A stretch of 55,200 bases of DNA from Candidatus Nomurabacteria bacterium RIFCSPLOWO2_01_FULL_33_24 (GCA_001785735.1 MFUP01000005.1:1-55200), one strand, 5' to 3'; numbered from the stretch's first letter, positions 31,546 to 40,861 are shown. The notes: generated by a model not told the origin, from the letters alone. A program made the numbers and translations.

Positions 31546-31591
31546 CAATAAATGTGAATTTGTTAAGATAAAATGAAGCTCGAGAGAGCTT
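31542..31591 (+). promoter_or_regulatory. rpsN promoter plus leader hairpin
   Basis: TTGACA-16 nt-TAAGAT with extended TG; AAGCTC-GAGA-GAGCTT at 31576-31591. Confidence 0.75.
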
Positions 31592-31605
31592 GATTTTATT
31601 ATATT

Positions 31606-31791
31606 ATGGCAAAAACATCAGTAATCGCACGATCAAAAAAGAAACCCAAATTTAGTACCCGAGCAGTAAATCGTTGTTTCAAATGTGGTCGAAAACGTAG
31701 TTTTATGCGTGACTTTGGTCTTTGTAGAATTTGTTTTAGAGAACTTGCTAACGAAGGAATGATCCCGGGAGTTCGCAAATCTAGTTGGTAG
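31606..31791 (+). CDS. rpsN: 30S ribosomal protein S14, zinc-binding type
   Basis: 61 aa; [23 protein letters not shown]. Confidence 0.97.
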   Translation: MAKTSVIARSKKKPKFSTRAVNRCFKCGRKRSFMRDFGLCRICFRELANEGMIPGVRKSSW

Positions 31792-31816
31792 TTCGCCAAG
31801 AACACTATAAAAAATT

Positions 31817-32203
31817 ATGGATACAGTATCAAACATGTTAATAGCAATAAAGAACGGAAGCAATGCTTCCCACGAGTTTGTTTCAGTTCCGTATTCAAAA
31901 TTTAATCATGCTATTGCTGATTGTCTTGTCAAGAATGGTTATCTTAAATCTGTTTCTAAAAAACAAAAGAAAAAATTCCCAGTTTTAGAAATTGGCATTG
32001 CTTATAATAATAATGTTCCAAAAATTAATGATGTTAAGAGATTTTCAAAACTATCAAAACGTCTTTATTTGGGAAGTAAAAACATAAAACTAGTTAAAAG
32101 TGGTCATGGATCCATTATTTTAACAACTCCCAAAGGAGTTATTACTGGCGAAGAGGCAAGAAAGAAAAAAATCGGAGGTGAGGCCCTTTTTAAAATTTGG
32201 TAA
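31817..32203 (+). CDS. rpsH: 30S ribosomal protein S8
   Basis: D.VSNMLIAIKNG, TTPKGVIT, IGGE.LFKIW. Confidence 0.96.
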   Translation: MDTVSNMLIAIKNGSNASHEFVSVPYSKFNHAIADCLVKNGYLKSVSKKQKKKFPVLEIGIAYNNNVPKINDVKRFSKLSKRLYLGSKNIKLVKSGHGSIILTTPKGVITGEEARKKKIGGEALFKIW

Positions 32204-32205
32204 TT

Positions 32206-32742
32206 ATGAGTCGTATCGGTAAACAAGAAATAAATATTCCTAATGGGACTGAAGTTGCTAAAAATGATAATCTTTTGATTGTTAAAGGACCAAAAGGAGA
32301 ACTTAAAAAAGAGTTTAAGGATATCATTGATATCAATATCAAAGATAAAATAATTACTCTTAAACCCCGAGTAAATAATATCGCTTCTAAAGCTCTGTGG
32401 GGAACTTATGCTTCCCATATAAAAAATATGGTTGATGGAGTAAATAATCTTTTTGAAAAGAAATTAATTGTAGAAGGTATTGGTTTTAAAACAGAGATTA
32501 ATGATCATAAACTGGTATTATCCGTTGGTTTTTCTCACAAAATTAATATCTCTCTCCCAAAAAATCTTAATGTTTCAGTTCAAAAAAACATAATTACGAT
32601 TTCTGGTGTTGATAAAGAATTAGTAGGTCAATTTTCTGCTAAAATAAGATCATTAAAAAAACCAGAACCATACAAAGGAAAAGGAATTAGATATGAGAAT
32701 GAAATTATAAGAAGAAAACAAGGGAAGAGAGCGGTTACCTAA
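32206..32742 (+). CDS. rplF: 50S ribosomal protein L6
   Basis: MSRIGK, VKGPKGEL, PEPYKGKGIRY; ATG at 32206. Confidence 0.97.
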   Translation: MSRIGKQEINIPNGTEVAKNDNLLIVKGPKGELKKEFKDIIDINIKDKIITLKPRVNNIASKALWGTYASHIKNMVDGVNNLFEKKLIVEGIGFKTEINDHKLVLSVGFSHKINISLPKNLNVSVQKNIITISGVDKELVGQFSAKIRSLKKPEPYKGKGIRYENEIIRRKQGKRAVT

Positions 32743-32756
32743 ATATAAATTATAAA

Positions 32757-33110
32757 ATGAAAGATATAAAAAATATTAAAACTCAAAAAAGAACTAGAAT
32801 CAGAAAGAAGATCAGGTCTAAAATAATCGGGACTAAAAATATTCCTCGTTTGTCTGTGTTTAAATCAAATAGACACATTTATGCTCAGTTAATAGACGAC
32901 GAAACAGGTAAGACTTTATGTTCTTCTTCTGATCTTTCTATAAAAAACGAAAAAAAAGAAACGAAAGCAAAAAAAGTTGGTAATTTAATCGCCAATAAAG
33001 CGAAGGAACAAAAAATGAAAGAGATCGTTTTTGACAGAAGTGGTTATAAATATACTGGCCGAATCAAATCTTTAGCAGAAGCTGTTCGCAAAGCCGGTCT
33101 AAAATTTTAA
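32757..33110 (+). CDS. rplR: 50S ribosomal protein L18
   Basis: PRLSVFKSN, VFDRSGYKYTGR. Confidence 0.97.
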   Translation: MKDIKNIKTQKRTRIRKKIRSKIIGTKNIPRLSVFKSNRHIYAQLIDDETGKTLCSSSDLSIKNEKKETKAKKVGNLIANKAKEQKMKEIVFDRSGYKYTGRIKSLAEAVRKAGLKF

Positions 33111-33111
33111 T

Positions 33112-33621
33112 ATGATTAAAACAGATAAAAGAAACAAAAGAATATTTAAAGATAAAGTTAAATCAGAATTTGATCAAAAAATTTTAAATATTAGAAGAGT
33201 AGTTAGGGTGGTTAAAGGGGGAAGACGTTTTAGTTTTAGTGTCGCTATGATTTTAGGAGACAGAAAAGGGGCAATTTCTCTTGGAGTAGGAAAAGCTTCA
33301 GACACTGCTTTAGCTATTCAAAAAGCTGTCAGAGATGCAAAAAAAAATATGACCAAAATTAAATTAACAAAAGAAATGTCTCTTCCCCATGAAATTAAAT
33401 CAAAATTTTGTAGTTCTAAGGTAATCCTTATGCCTAATAATGGGAAAGGGCTGGTGGCTGGTGGATCAGTTAGAGATATTTTGGAGTTAGCTGGGATAAA
33501 AGATGTTAGTTCAAAAATTATTTCTAGAAGTAAAAATAAATTAAACAATGCCCAAGCAACTCTAAAGGCTCTTAGAAAATTTAAAATAAATTATGAAAAT
33601 ACACCAAGTAAAAAGAAATAA
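33112..33621 (+). CDS. rpsE: 30S ribosomal protein S5
   Basis: RVVKGGRRFSF, AGGSVR.ILELAG. Confidence 0.96.
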   Translation: MIKTDKRNKRIFKDKVKSEFDQKILNIRRVVRVVKGGRRFSFSVAMILGDRKGAISLGVGKASDTALAIQKAVRDAKKNMTKIKLTKEMSLPHEIKSKFCSSKVILMPNNGKGLVAGGSVRDILELAGIKDVSSKIISRSKNKLNNAQATLKALRKFKINYENTPSKKK

Positions 33622-34027
33622 CAAAAATAAGAAAAAGAAAACCATCGGAAGGGGAGGTTCTCGAGGAAAAACTTCTGGGAGAGGAACTAAGGGGCAAAAA
33701 TCTAGGGCTGGTCATAGTATTCGTCCAGAAATAAGAGACATAATAAAAAAAATCCCTAAAAAAAGGGGATATCGGTTTAATTCTATTAAAGATAAACCTA
33801 TTGTTATCAATCTTTCTGTCATTAATAATGAATTTAATAATGACAGTGAAATTAATCCCAAAGTTCTTATCGAAAAATTGTTGATTAATAAAAAAAAGGG
33901 ATTTATCCCAAAGGTAAAAATTTTGGGCAACGGAGAAATAGAAAAGAAAATAATTGTTTCAAATTGTTTGGTTTCTAGTAAGGCTCGAGATAAAATAATA
34001 AAAGTTGGTGGTAAAATTATAGAATAA
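33593..34027 (+). CDS. rplO: 50S ribosomal protein L15
   Basis: GRGGSRGKTSGRGTKGQKSR, VKILG.G. Confidence 0.96.
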   Translation: MKIHQVKRNNKNKKKKTIGRGGSRGKTSGRGTKGQKSRAGHSIRPEIRDIIKKIPKKRGYRFNSIKDKPIVINLSVINNEFNNDSEINPKVLIEKLLINKKKGFIPKVKILGNGEIEKKIIVSNCLVSSKARDKIIKVGGKIIE

Positions 34028-34032
34028 TTAAA

Positions 34033-35304
34033 ATGCAAAATTTTTTACATAAAACAAAAATAGTATTACTTGATAAGAATTTACGAAACAAAATATTATT
34101 TGTTCTATTGGCTCTTATTATTTTTAGAATTTTTGCTGCCATTCCGATCCCTGGGGTTGATTCTTTGAAACTAGAACAATATCTATCTAATAATCAATTT
34201 CTTGGCATTTTAAATATTTTTTCTGGAGGAGGTCTATCAAGTTTATCAATTGTCATGCTTGGAGTTGGTCCTTATATTACCGCTTCAATTATTTTGCAAC
34301 TCTTAACTATTATGATTCCGAAATTAAAAGCTCTTTACCATGAAGAAGGAGATGCTGGACGAAAAAAGTTTATTCAATATTCTAGAATTTTAACTGTTCC
34401 TTTAGCAGCTATTCAAGGATTCGCTCTTATAAGTCTCCTTCAGCAACAAGATATTATTGCCCAATTCTCTCTTTTTAATCTTTTAACTAATCTTTTAGTT
34501 GTTGTTGGTGGGTCAATATTAATTATGTGGCTTGGAGAATTAATTTCTGAATATGGGATAGGAAATGGAGTCTCTATGATTATTTTTGCTGGAATTGTTG
34601 CTTATATTCCTTCCCAACTAGGACAATTGATTTATACTTTTGATGTTTCTCAATTAACGCTCTATATCGGCGCTCTCATGACCGCTCTCTTGATTATCAT
34701 TGGAGTAGTAATTGTTTCTGAAGGAGAAAGACCAATTCCTATAACTTATGCTAGACGAGTTAGAGGATCAAAAGTATATGGCGGTGTTTCTACCTATCTT
34801 CCTTTAAGAATTAACCAAGCCGGAGTAATGCCAATCATTTTTGCTCTCTCACTTCTTTTATTTCCTCAAATGATTGCCAATTTTTTTATTGCTATGGAAG
34901 GAGCTGTTTTTCAGAAAATAGGTTCAATTTTAAATACCTTCTCTCAAACCACCTGGCTTTATACAACCTTCTATTTTATTCTTGTTTTCTTGTTTACTTA
35001 TTTTTATACAGCGGTAACTTTTGATCCAAAATCACTAGCTACTAACTTACAAAAAAGTGGAGCTTTTATCCCAGGAATTCGGCCGGGACCGTCCACTGTC
35101 TCCTATATTGATAAAATATTAAATAGAATAACTTTAATGGGAGCGCTTTTCTTAGGATTAATAGCTGTCTTGCCGTTGATTATGAAAACAATTACTGGAA
35201 TAACCGCTTTGGCTATTGGGGGGACAGCCTTGCTCATTGTTGTTTCTGTTGTTTTGGATTTAATGAAAAAAGTTGATGCTCAAATTTCAATGAGAGAATA
35301 TTAA
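34033..35304 (+). CDS. secY: Preprotein translocase subunit SecY
   Basis: LGVGPYITASII, WLGELI..GIGNG.S, AGVMPIIFA, IPGIRPG, GGTALLIVV. Confidence 0.98.
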   Translation: MQNFLHKTKIVLLDKNLRNKILFVLLALIIFRIFAAIPIPGVDSLKLEQYLSNNQFLGILNIFSGGGLSSLSIVMLGVGPYITASIILQLLTIMIPKLKALYHEEGDAGRKKFIQYSRILTVPLAAIQGFALISLLQQQDIIAQFSLFNLLTNLLVVVGGSILIMWLGELISEYGIGNGVSMIIFAGIVAYIPSQLGQLIYTFDVSQLTLYIGALMTALLIIIGVVIVSEGERPIPITYARRVRGSKVYGGVSTYLPLRINQAGVMPIIFALSLLLFPQMIANFFIAMEGAVFQKIGSILNTFSQTTWLYTTFYFILVFLFTYFYTAVTFDPKSLATNLQKSGAFIPGIRPGPSTVSYIDKILNRITLMGALFLGLIAVLPLIMKTITGITALAIGGTALLIVVSVVLDLMKKVDAQISMREY

Positions 35305-35307
35305 ACT

Positions 35308-35892
35308 ATGGAGATAAACTCTTATATATTTTTTGGAAAATCAGGATCAGGGAAAGGAATTCAATCCGGTTTATTAATTAAATTTTTAGAAGAAAAAAAA
35401 GACAGAAAGACACTTTATGTTCAAACAGGTCAGATTTTTCGTGAGTTTGGCAAGGAAAATAATTATACTAGTCAATTAACTCAAGGTGTTTTAGATAATG
35501 GCGGTTTACTTCCGGCTTTTATGCCAATTTGGGCTTGGACCGATTTTTTAATAAAAAATTTTAACAACCAAGAAGATTTAATTTTTGATGGAGTTTGTCG
35601 TAAATCAAAAGAGGCCCCGGTTCTTGATTCGGCTCTTGGATTTTATAAAATAAAAAATCGTTATCTTATTTATATCAATGTTTCTGATAAATGGACTACT
35701 GAAAAATTAAAAGCGAGAGGAAGAGATGATGATACTGATAAAGAGATAAAACATAGGTTAGCTTGGTTCCAAAAAGATGTTATTCCTTCTATTGAATATT
35801 TTAAAAATAACCCAGAATATATTTTTATTGAAGTTAATGGCGAACAAACAGTAGCGGAAGTTCAAAAAGAAATTCTAAACAAAATCTTCTAA
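35308..35892 (+). CDS. adk: Adenylate kinase, short LID type
   Basis: P-loop GKSGSGKG, DGVCRK, RGRDDD; lies between secY and map. Confidence 0.85.
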   Translation: MEINSYIFFGKSGSGKGIQSGLLIKFLEEKKDRKTLYVQTGQIFREFGKENNYTSQLTQGVLDNGGLLPAFMPIWAWTDFLIKNFNNQEDLIFDGVCRKSKEAPVLDSALGFYKIKNRYLIYINVSDKWTTEKLKARGRDDDTDKEIKHRLAWFQKDVIPSIEYFKNNPEYIFIEVNGEQTVAEVQKEILNKIF

Positions 35893-36659
35893 TGATAATA
35901 ATAAAAACACCCAAAGAAATAGAAATTATTAAAGAAGGAGGAAGGCGATTAGCAACTATTTTAGGTAAAATTAGTAAAAAGGTTGTTCCTAATATTAACA
36001 CTAAAGAGCTTGATATTTATGCAGAAGAATTAATTAGAAGCGAAGGAGACACCCCTTCTTTTTTGAATTATAAGCCAGAAAAATATGGTCAAGCTTATCC
36101 AGCTAGTCTTTGTGTTTCAATAAATGATGAAATAGTTCATGGTATTCCAAATAAAAATACTATTTTAAAAGAAGGAGATATTGTTTCTCTTGATTTGGGA
36201 TTAAAACACCAAGGTTTTTATACTGACATGGCGGTGACAGTTCCAGTTGGAAAAATAGATAAAAGACTAAAAAAACTTATTCAAATCACTAAAGAATCTC
36301 TCCATTTGGGGATTTTGTCCGCCAAATCTGGTAATCATGTTGGCGATCTTGGTTTTGTTATTCAAGAATTTGTTGAAAAAAATGGGTTTAATGTTATTCG
36401 TGATTTAGCCGGACATGGAGTCGGAAAAAAAGTCCACGAAGATCCACTCATTCTTAATTTTGGGGAAAAAGGTGAGGGGACAGAATTAAAATCGGGGATG
36501 GTTTTAGCTTTAGAACCAATGGTAACTTTAGGAAGTCCAGAAATAGTCCTCTCTAATGATGGTTTTACTTACCAAACAAAAGATAAACAAATTAGCGCTC
36601 ATTTCGAACACACCATTGTTATTACTGATAATGGTTCAGAAATTTTAACAAAAGAATAA
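35892..36659 (+). CDS. map: Methionine aminopeptidase type I
   Basis: SINDEIVHGIP, DLG..D, GHGVG..HEDP, EPM, AHFEHT. Confidence 0.97.
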   Translation: MIIIKTPKEIEIIKEGGRRLATILGKISKKVVPNINTKELDIYAEELIRSEGDTPSFLNYKPEKYGQAYPASLCVSINDEIVHGIPNKNTILKEGDIVSLDLGLKHQGFYTDMAVTVPVGKIDKRLKKLIQITKESLHLGILSAKSGNHVGDLGFVIQEFVEKNGFNVIRDLAGHGVGKKVHEDPLILNFGEKGEGTELKSGMVLALEPMVTLGSPEIVLSNDGFTYQTKDKQISAHFEHTIVITDNGSEILTKE

Positions 36660-36692
36660 TCAAAAACTCCGCTAAAGCGGAGTTTTTGATTA
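36657..36692. terminator. Bidirectional intrinsic terminator
   Basis: TAATCAAAAACTCCGC-TAAA-GCGGAGTTTTTGATTA between convergent genes. Confidence 0.9.
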
Positions 36693-36709
36693 AAAATTAA
36701 TTATCTATA

Positions 36710-37090
36710 TTAAGAAATCGCTTCCTCTAAAGAATTTTCGCTTTCCCAAATAAGTTTTCTAGCGCCACCTACTAATGTTGTGATAGTTCCGACTACTTGC
36801 ATTACTTGAGCTGGGCCACCAGTTTCAAGGCCAACAGTTTTAAATCCTTCAATAATTTCCATTCCAATACCTGTTGCTAATACTGCTCCACCCAATATCA
36901 AAAGAGCTTTCCCCCACTTTAAGGTAAATTTTCTAATGATCCTTGTCGCCCCAATGGCTTTTTCAGGATTATTTTCTAAGTCCATATTTCCAATATCTTC
37001 TTCTAGCCGGGCACTAGCCTCCTCAATATTAATTAACACCTGATTTGGAGTTTTTTCTAAGACATCAATATTTTCCCTTTCAAATTTCAT
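36710..37090 (-). CDS. Hypothetical membrane protein with two Gly-rich hydrophobic segments
   Basis: 126-aa ORF; hydrophobic helices; terminator downstream. Confidence 0.65.
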   Translation of the reverse strand: MKFERENIDVLEKTPNQVLINIEEASARLEEDIGNMDLENNPEKAIGATRIIRKFTLKWGKALLILGGAVLATGIGMEIIEGFKTVGLETGGPAQVMQVVGTITTLVGGARKLIWESENSLEEAIS

Positions 37091-37133
37091 AATGATTTTT
37101 TATATTTTAATTTATAATTTAAAGCGACCTTAT

Positions 37134-37268
37134 TTATATTTTTTTTAAATCATCTCTTGTTTGATTTAAATTTTTTAACAATTCATTTAAAAGTTTGCTG
37201 GTTTCCTCTTTAGTAGCGTTGCCACTTTTAATTTTTTCAGCTAATTTTTCTAATTCTTCTTGATCCAT
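37134..37268 (-). CDS. 44-aa helical microprotein MDQEELEKLAEKIKSGNATKEETSKLLNELLKNLNQTRDDLKKI (not in the ORF track)
   Basis: Translated by hand; downstream of a consensus promoter; shares its N-terminus with ORF 51885. Confidence 0.6.
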   Translation of the reverse strand: MDQEELEKLAEKIKSGNATKEETSKLLNELLKNLNQTRDDLKKI

Positions 37269-37373
37269 ATTATTTATTTCCCATTTAAGGAAGAACATTA
37301 AGTAAATAAATCGACTTTTATTAATAATAATATAATTTTATTAATTTACCTAATCCCCCTAAAGAGTGCCTAT

Positions 37374-37402
37374 ATTATATACTATAAAAGTAATATTGTC
37401 AA
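37374..37402 (-). promoter_or_regulatory. Perfect sigma70 consensus promoter
   Basis: TTGACA (37402-37397), 17 nt, TATAAT (37379-37374) on the minus strand. Confidence 0.75.
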
Positions 37403-37459
37403 GTCAAAAACAAAGGCAAAAAAACTATTTAAATTAAGCTCTTATGATATAATTTTTGT

Positions 37460-40207
37460 ATGGCTGAAGGTTTGTATTCCAAAGAAATACCTAAGTTTAA
37501 AAATCCAGAGGAGGAACTTTATTTTTTGCGTCGTCAAATAGCCGAAAAAGAACAACAACTTGAACAGCCACCAACTGATCTTGATCGAGAAAAAATAACC
37601 AAAGATATTTTAGTTGAATATTCAGCAGTCAAACCAGAGGAGATATTAGAAAAAAAACAAATCATTAAATTTTCCGAAACAGATGAAATTGTTTTGCGCC
37701 TAAGTCCAGAAACTCATGATGAAAAGATGGAAGAAATGTTGGGAATTTTATTAGAAAAAGGAATAAAAAACTCTTTAGCTATTTTGGAACAACTAAATAA
37801 TCCCCATCTCAATGATGATTTTCACCGATTTCTAATTCAATATCTTAATTCGGTGGGAAAGATTCCGGGAGTAAAAGAAGAAACACCCCTTTTTAAGGTC
37901 TTACATATGAAATTATTTGAAATCACTCTTCCCTCCGGAGAAGGGGATGAATCCCATAGCTTTAAAGAGCTAATTTCTGCTATGGAACATTTTTTTGCTG
38001 GGATGCAGTCAATTGCTGATGGAAGAGATAATAAAAAAAAGGATTATTTTACTATTGAAATTGCTCTCTCTGAAAATAGTAATGAAATTATTTTTTATGC
38101 GTCTGTTCCAACTTCCAAGGCTGATTTATTTGAAAAACAAATTTTAGGCGCTTATTCTCAAGCCAAAATAAAAGAAGTAACTAATGATTATAATATTTTT
38201 AATTTTCAAGGCGGTTCGGCTGGATCTTTTGCCAAATTTAGTTCTCCAGAAGTTTTCCCTATTAAAACTTATGATGAATTTGAAATTGATCCAATTAATA
38301 TTATTTTAAATATATTTTCTAAACTAAAAGAAAGGGGAGAAGGAGCTTCAATCCAATTAATAATTAGACCATCTGGTGAGAAATTTATTCAAAGATATAA
38401 TCGAGTTCTTAATGATGTTAAAAGTGGTGTTTCGGTAAGAAAATCACTGAAATCGTTCTCGGTTGGGCATAGCTTGTTTGAGGGTCTTAAAGATTTCGCC
38501 TCCGGTCCTTCTAAAAAAGATGACAGAAAAGAAGACAAAAAAATTGATGACCGAGCAGTTGAATATATTACCGGGAAATTAACTAGCACCATTGTGGCTG
38601 TTAATCTCCGCATTATTTCCTCGGCTGAAAACCAAAACCGAGCAGAAGCTATTTTAAATGATTTGGAATCAGCTTTTAATCAATTTTCAAAACCAAATAG
38701 CAATAGTATTATTTTTGAAAAAGTAAAAGGACGAAATTTATCAAATTTCTTTCGTGATTTTTCTTATCGATTTTTTTCGGAAAAAAATATTTTACCAATG
38801 AACTTAAAGGAAATTACTACGATGATTCATTTTCCTGTTAATGTTTCCACGGCCCCTCAACTTCGTCAAGCTAAAGCAGGAATTGCTCCTGCTCCTTTAG
38901 AAATGGGGAAGGAAGGAATTCTACTTGGAATAAATGATTACCGAGGAAAAGAAACCAAGATATTCTTTAAAAAAGAAGATCGGGTTCGTCATTTTTATAC
39001 TATAGGACAAACTGGCACTGGAAAAACTACTTTTCTAAAAAATATGATTATTCAAGATATTAAAAATGGAGATGGTGTTTGTTTTATTGATCCCCATGGG
39101 TCAGATGTCCAAGATATTTTGGCTCAGATTCCCAAGGAAAGAATCGATGAGGTGATTTATTTTGATCCCTCTTATGTTGATCGACCAATGGGATTAAACA
39201 TGCTTGAGTATGATTATAATTTTCCCCAACAAAAATCATTCGTGGTAGATGAATTATTTGGTATTTTTCAAAAGTTATATGGAGCCAATCCCGAATCTAT
39301 GGGACCAATGTTTGAACAGTACTTTCGAAACGCTACGATGTTAGTTATTGATGATCCAGAAAGCGGGAGTACCCTATTAGATATTTCCAGAGTACTCTCT
39401 GATGAGAAATTCAGGGCTTTTAAGCTTTCTCGTTGTAAAAACCCGGTAGTGATCCAATTTTGGCGGGAAATCGCTGGAAAGGCTGGCGGAGAGGCTTCTT
39501 TGGCCAACATTGTCCCCTATATTGTCAGTAAATTTGATGTTTTCTTGGCTAATGAGATTATGAGACCAATTATTGCCCAACAGAAATCAACCTTCAATTT
39601 TAGACAAGTAATGGACGAAAAGAAAATATTGTTAGTCAATCTTTCTAAAGGTAAATTGGGTGACATTAATGCTAATCTCATCGGTCTTGTTTTGGTTGGG
39701 AAAATTTTAATGGCTGCTCTTTCTCGAGTTGATCTAGTGGGACAAGAGGAAATAAATGATTTTTATCTTTATATTGATGAATTTCAAAATATTACCACTA
39801 ACTCTATTGCTACTATTCTTTCTGAAGCGCGAAAATATCGATTAAGTTTAAATATTGCTCACCAATTTATTGCCCAACTAGATGAAAAAATAAAAAATGC
39901 TGTTTTTGGCAATGTCGGGTCAATGGCCGTTTTTCGAACAGGATATGATGATGCTCAATATTTAGAAAGCCAATTTAAACCGACTTTTTCTGCTTCTGAT
40001 TTAATAAAAATTGATAATTTTAATTCCTATGTAAAAATGTTGATTAATGGTCAGCCGGTTAAACCATTTAATATGAAAGTCATTCCCCCTGACAAGGGGG
40101 ATAAAGAAATGATTGAAAAGATTAAAGAACTTTCTTATCTAAAATATGGCCGAAACCGAGCAGAAGTAGAAGCCGAAATTATAGAAAAATATAAAAAGGA
40201 AGTATAA
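37460..40207 (+). CDS. VirD4/TraD-like (type IV coupling / HerA-like) ATPase
   Basis: RHFYTIGQTGTGKTT, FIDPHG, LYIDEFQN, LSEARKYRL..AHQF. Confidence 0.88.
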   Translation: MAEGLYSKEIPKFKNPEEELYFLRRQIAEKEQQLEQPPTDLDREKITKDILVEYSAVKPEEILEKKQIIKFSETDEIVLRLSPETHDEKMEEMLGILLEKGIKNSLAILEQLNNPHLNDDFHRFLIQYLNSVGKIPGVKEETPLFKVLHMKLFEITLPSGEGDESHSFKELISAMEHFFAGMQSIADGRDNKKKDYFTIEIALSENSNEIIFYASVPTSKADLFEKQILGAYSQAKIKEVTNDYNIFNFQGGSAGSFAKFSSPEVFPIKTYDEFEIDPINIILNIFSKLKERGEGASIQLIIRPSGEKFIQRYNRVLNDVKSGVSVRKSLKSFSVGHSLFEGLKDFASGPSKKDDRKEDKKIDDRAVEYITGKLTSTIVAVNLRIISSAENQNRAEAILNDLESAFNQFSKPNSNSIIFEKVKGRNLSNFFRDFSYRFFSEKNILPMNLKEITTMIHFPVNVSTAPQLRQAKAGIAPAPLEMGKEGILLGINDYRGKETKIFFKKEDRVRHFYTIGQTGTGKTTFLKNMIIQDIKNGDGVCFIDPHGSDVQDILAQIPKERIDEVIYFDPSYVDRPMGLNMLEYDYNFPQQKSFVVDELFGIFQKLYGANPESMGPMFEQYFRNATMLVIDDPESGSTLLDISRVLSDEKFRAFKLSRCKNPVVIQFWREIAGKAGGEASLANIVPYIVSKFDVFLANEIMRPIIAQQKSTFNFRQVMDEKKILLVNLSKGKLGDINANLIGLVLVGKILMAALSRVDLVGQEEINDFYLYIDEFQNITTNSIATILSEARKYRLSLNIAHQFIAQLDEKIKNAVFGNVGSMAVFRTGYDDAQYLESQFKPTFSASDLIKIDNFNSYVKMLINGQPVKPFNMKVIPPDKGDKEMIEKIKELSYLKYGRNRAEVEAEIIEKYKKEV

Positions 40208-40215
40208 TCCTATCT

Positions 40216-40800
40216 ATGAATCATCCTAGAGAAGAAAAAACTTTTTTAATGATTAAACCTGACGGGGTTAGAAAAGGTTTGATTGGTGAAATTATTAAAC
40301 GTTTTGAACAAAGAGGTTTAAAAATTGTTGCCCTAGAAATGTTCCATCCAGATAAAAAGCAAATCGATGAACATTATCCTAAAGATAAAAAATGGATTAG
40401 TCGGATTGGAGATAAAACTCTCGCTACCTACCAAAAATACAATATTGACCCTAAGAAAGTTCTTGGGACTAATAACAATCACGAAATTGGAAAAATAGTT
40501 CGAAAATGGTTGTTTGAGTACCTGACCTCTGCTCCCTCGGTAAAAATAATTGTTCAAGGAATTCATGCGGTAGATGTTGTTCGAAAGATTACTGGGCCAA
40601 CTATGCCTTATTTAGCTGATATGGGAACGATCAGAGGAGATTTTTCAATTGATTCTCCTGCTTTGGCTAATTCAGAAAAGAGAGCAATAATGAATTTGGT
40701 TCATGCTTCGGAAACACAAGAAGAAGCTCTCCATGAAATTAAGTTTTGGTTTGACGATCGTTCACCCTTTGGATATAAGCGTTTTGGGGTTGACGAATAA
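40216..40800 (+). CDS. ndk: Nucleoside diphosphate kinase
   Basis: TFLMIKPDGV, GTIRGDF, NLVHAS. Confidence 0.95.
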   Translation: MNHPREEKTFLMIKPDGVRKGLIGEIIKRFEQRGLKIVALEMFHPDKKQIDEHYPKDKKWISRIGDKTLATYQKYNIDPKKVLGTNNNHEIGKIVRKWLFEYLTSAPSVKIIVQGIHAVDVVRKITGPTMPYLADMGTIRGDFSIDSPALANSEKRAIMNLVHASETQEEALHEIKFWFDDRSPFGYKRFGVDE

Positions 40801-40861
40801 GTAAAATTATTTCTTAAATTTTTTGAATTTGGAAAAAATATTTTCATGATATAATTAAAAT

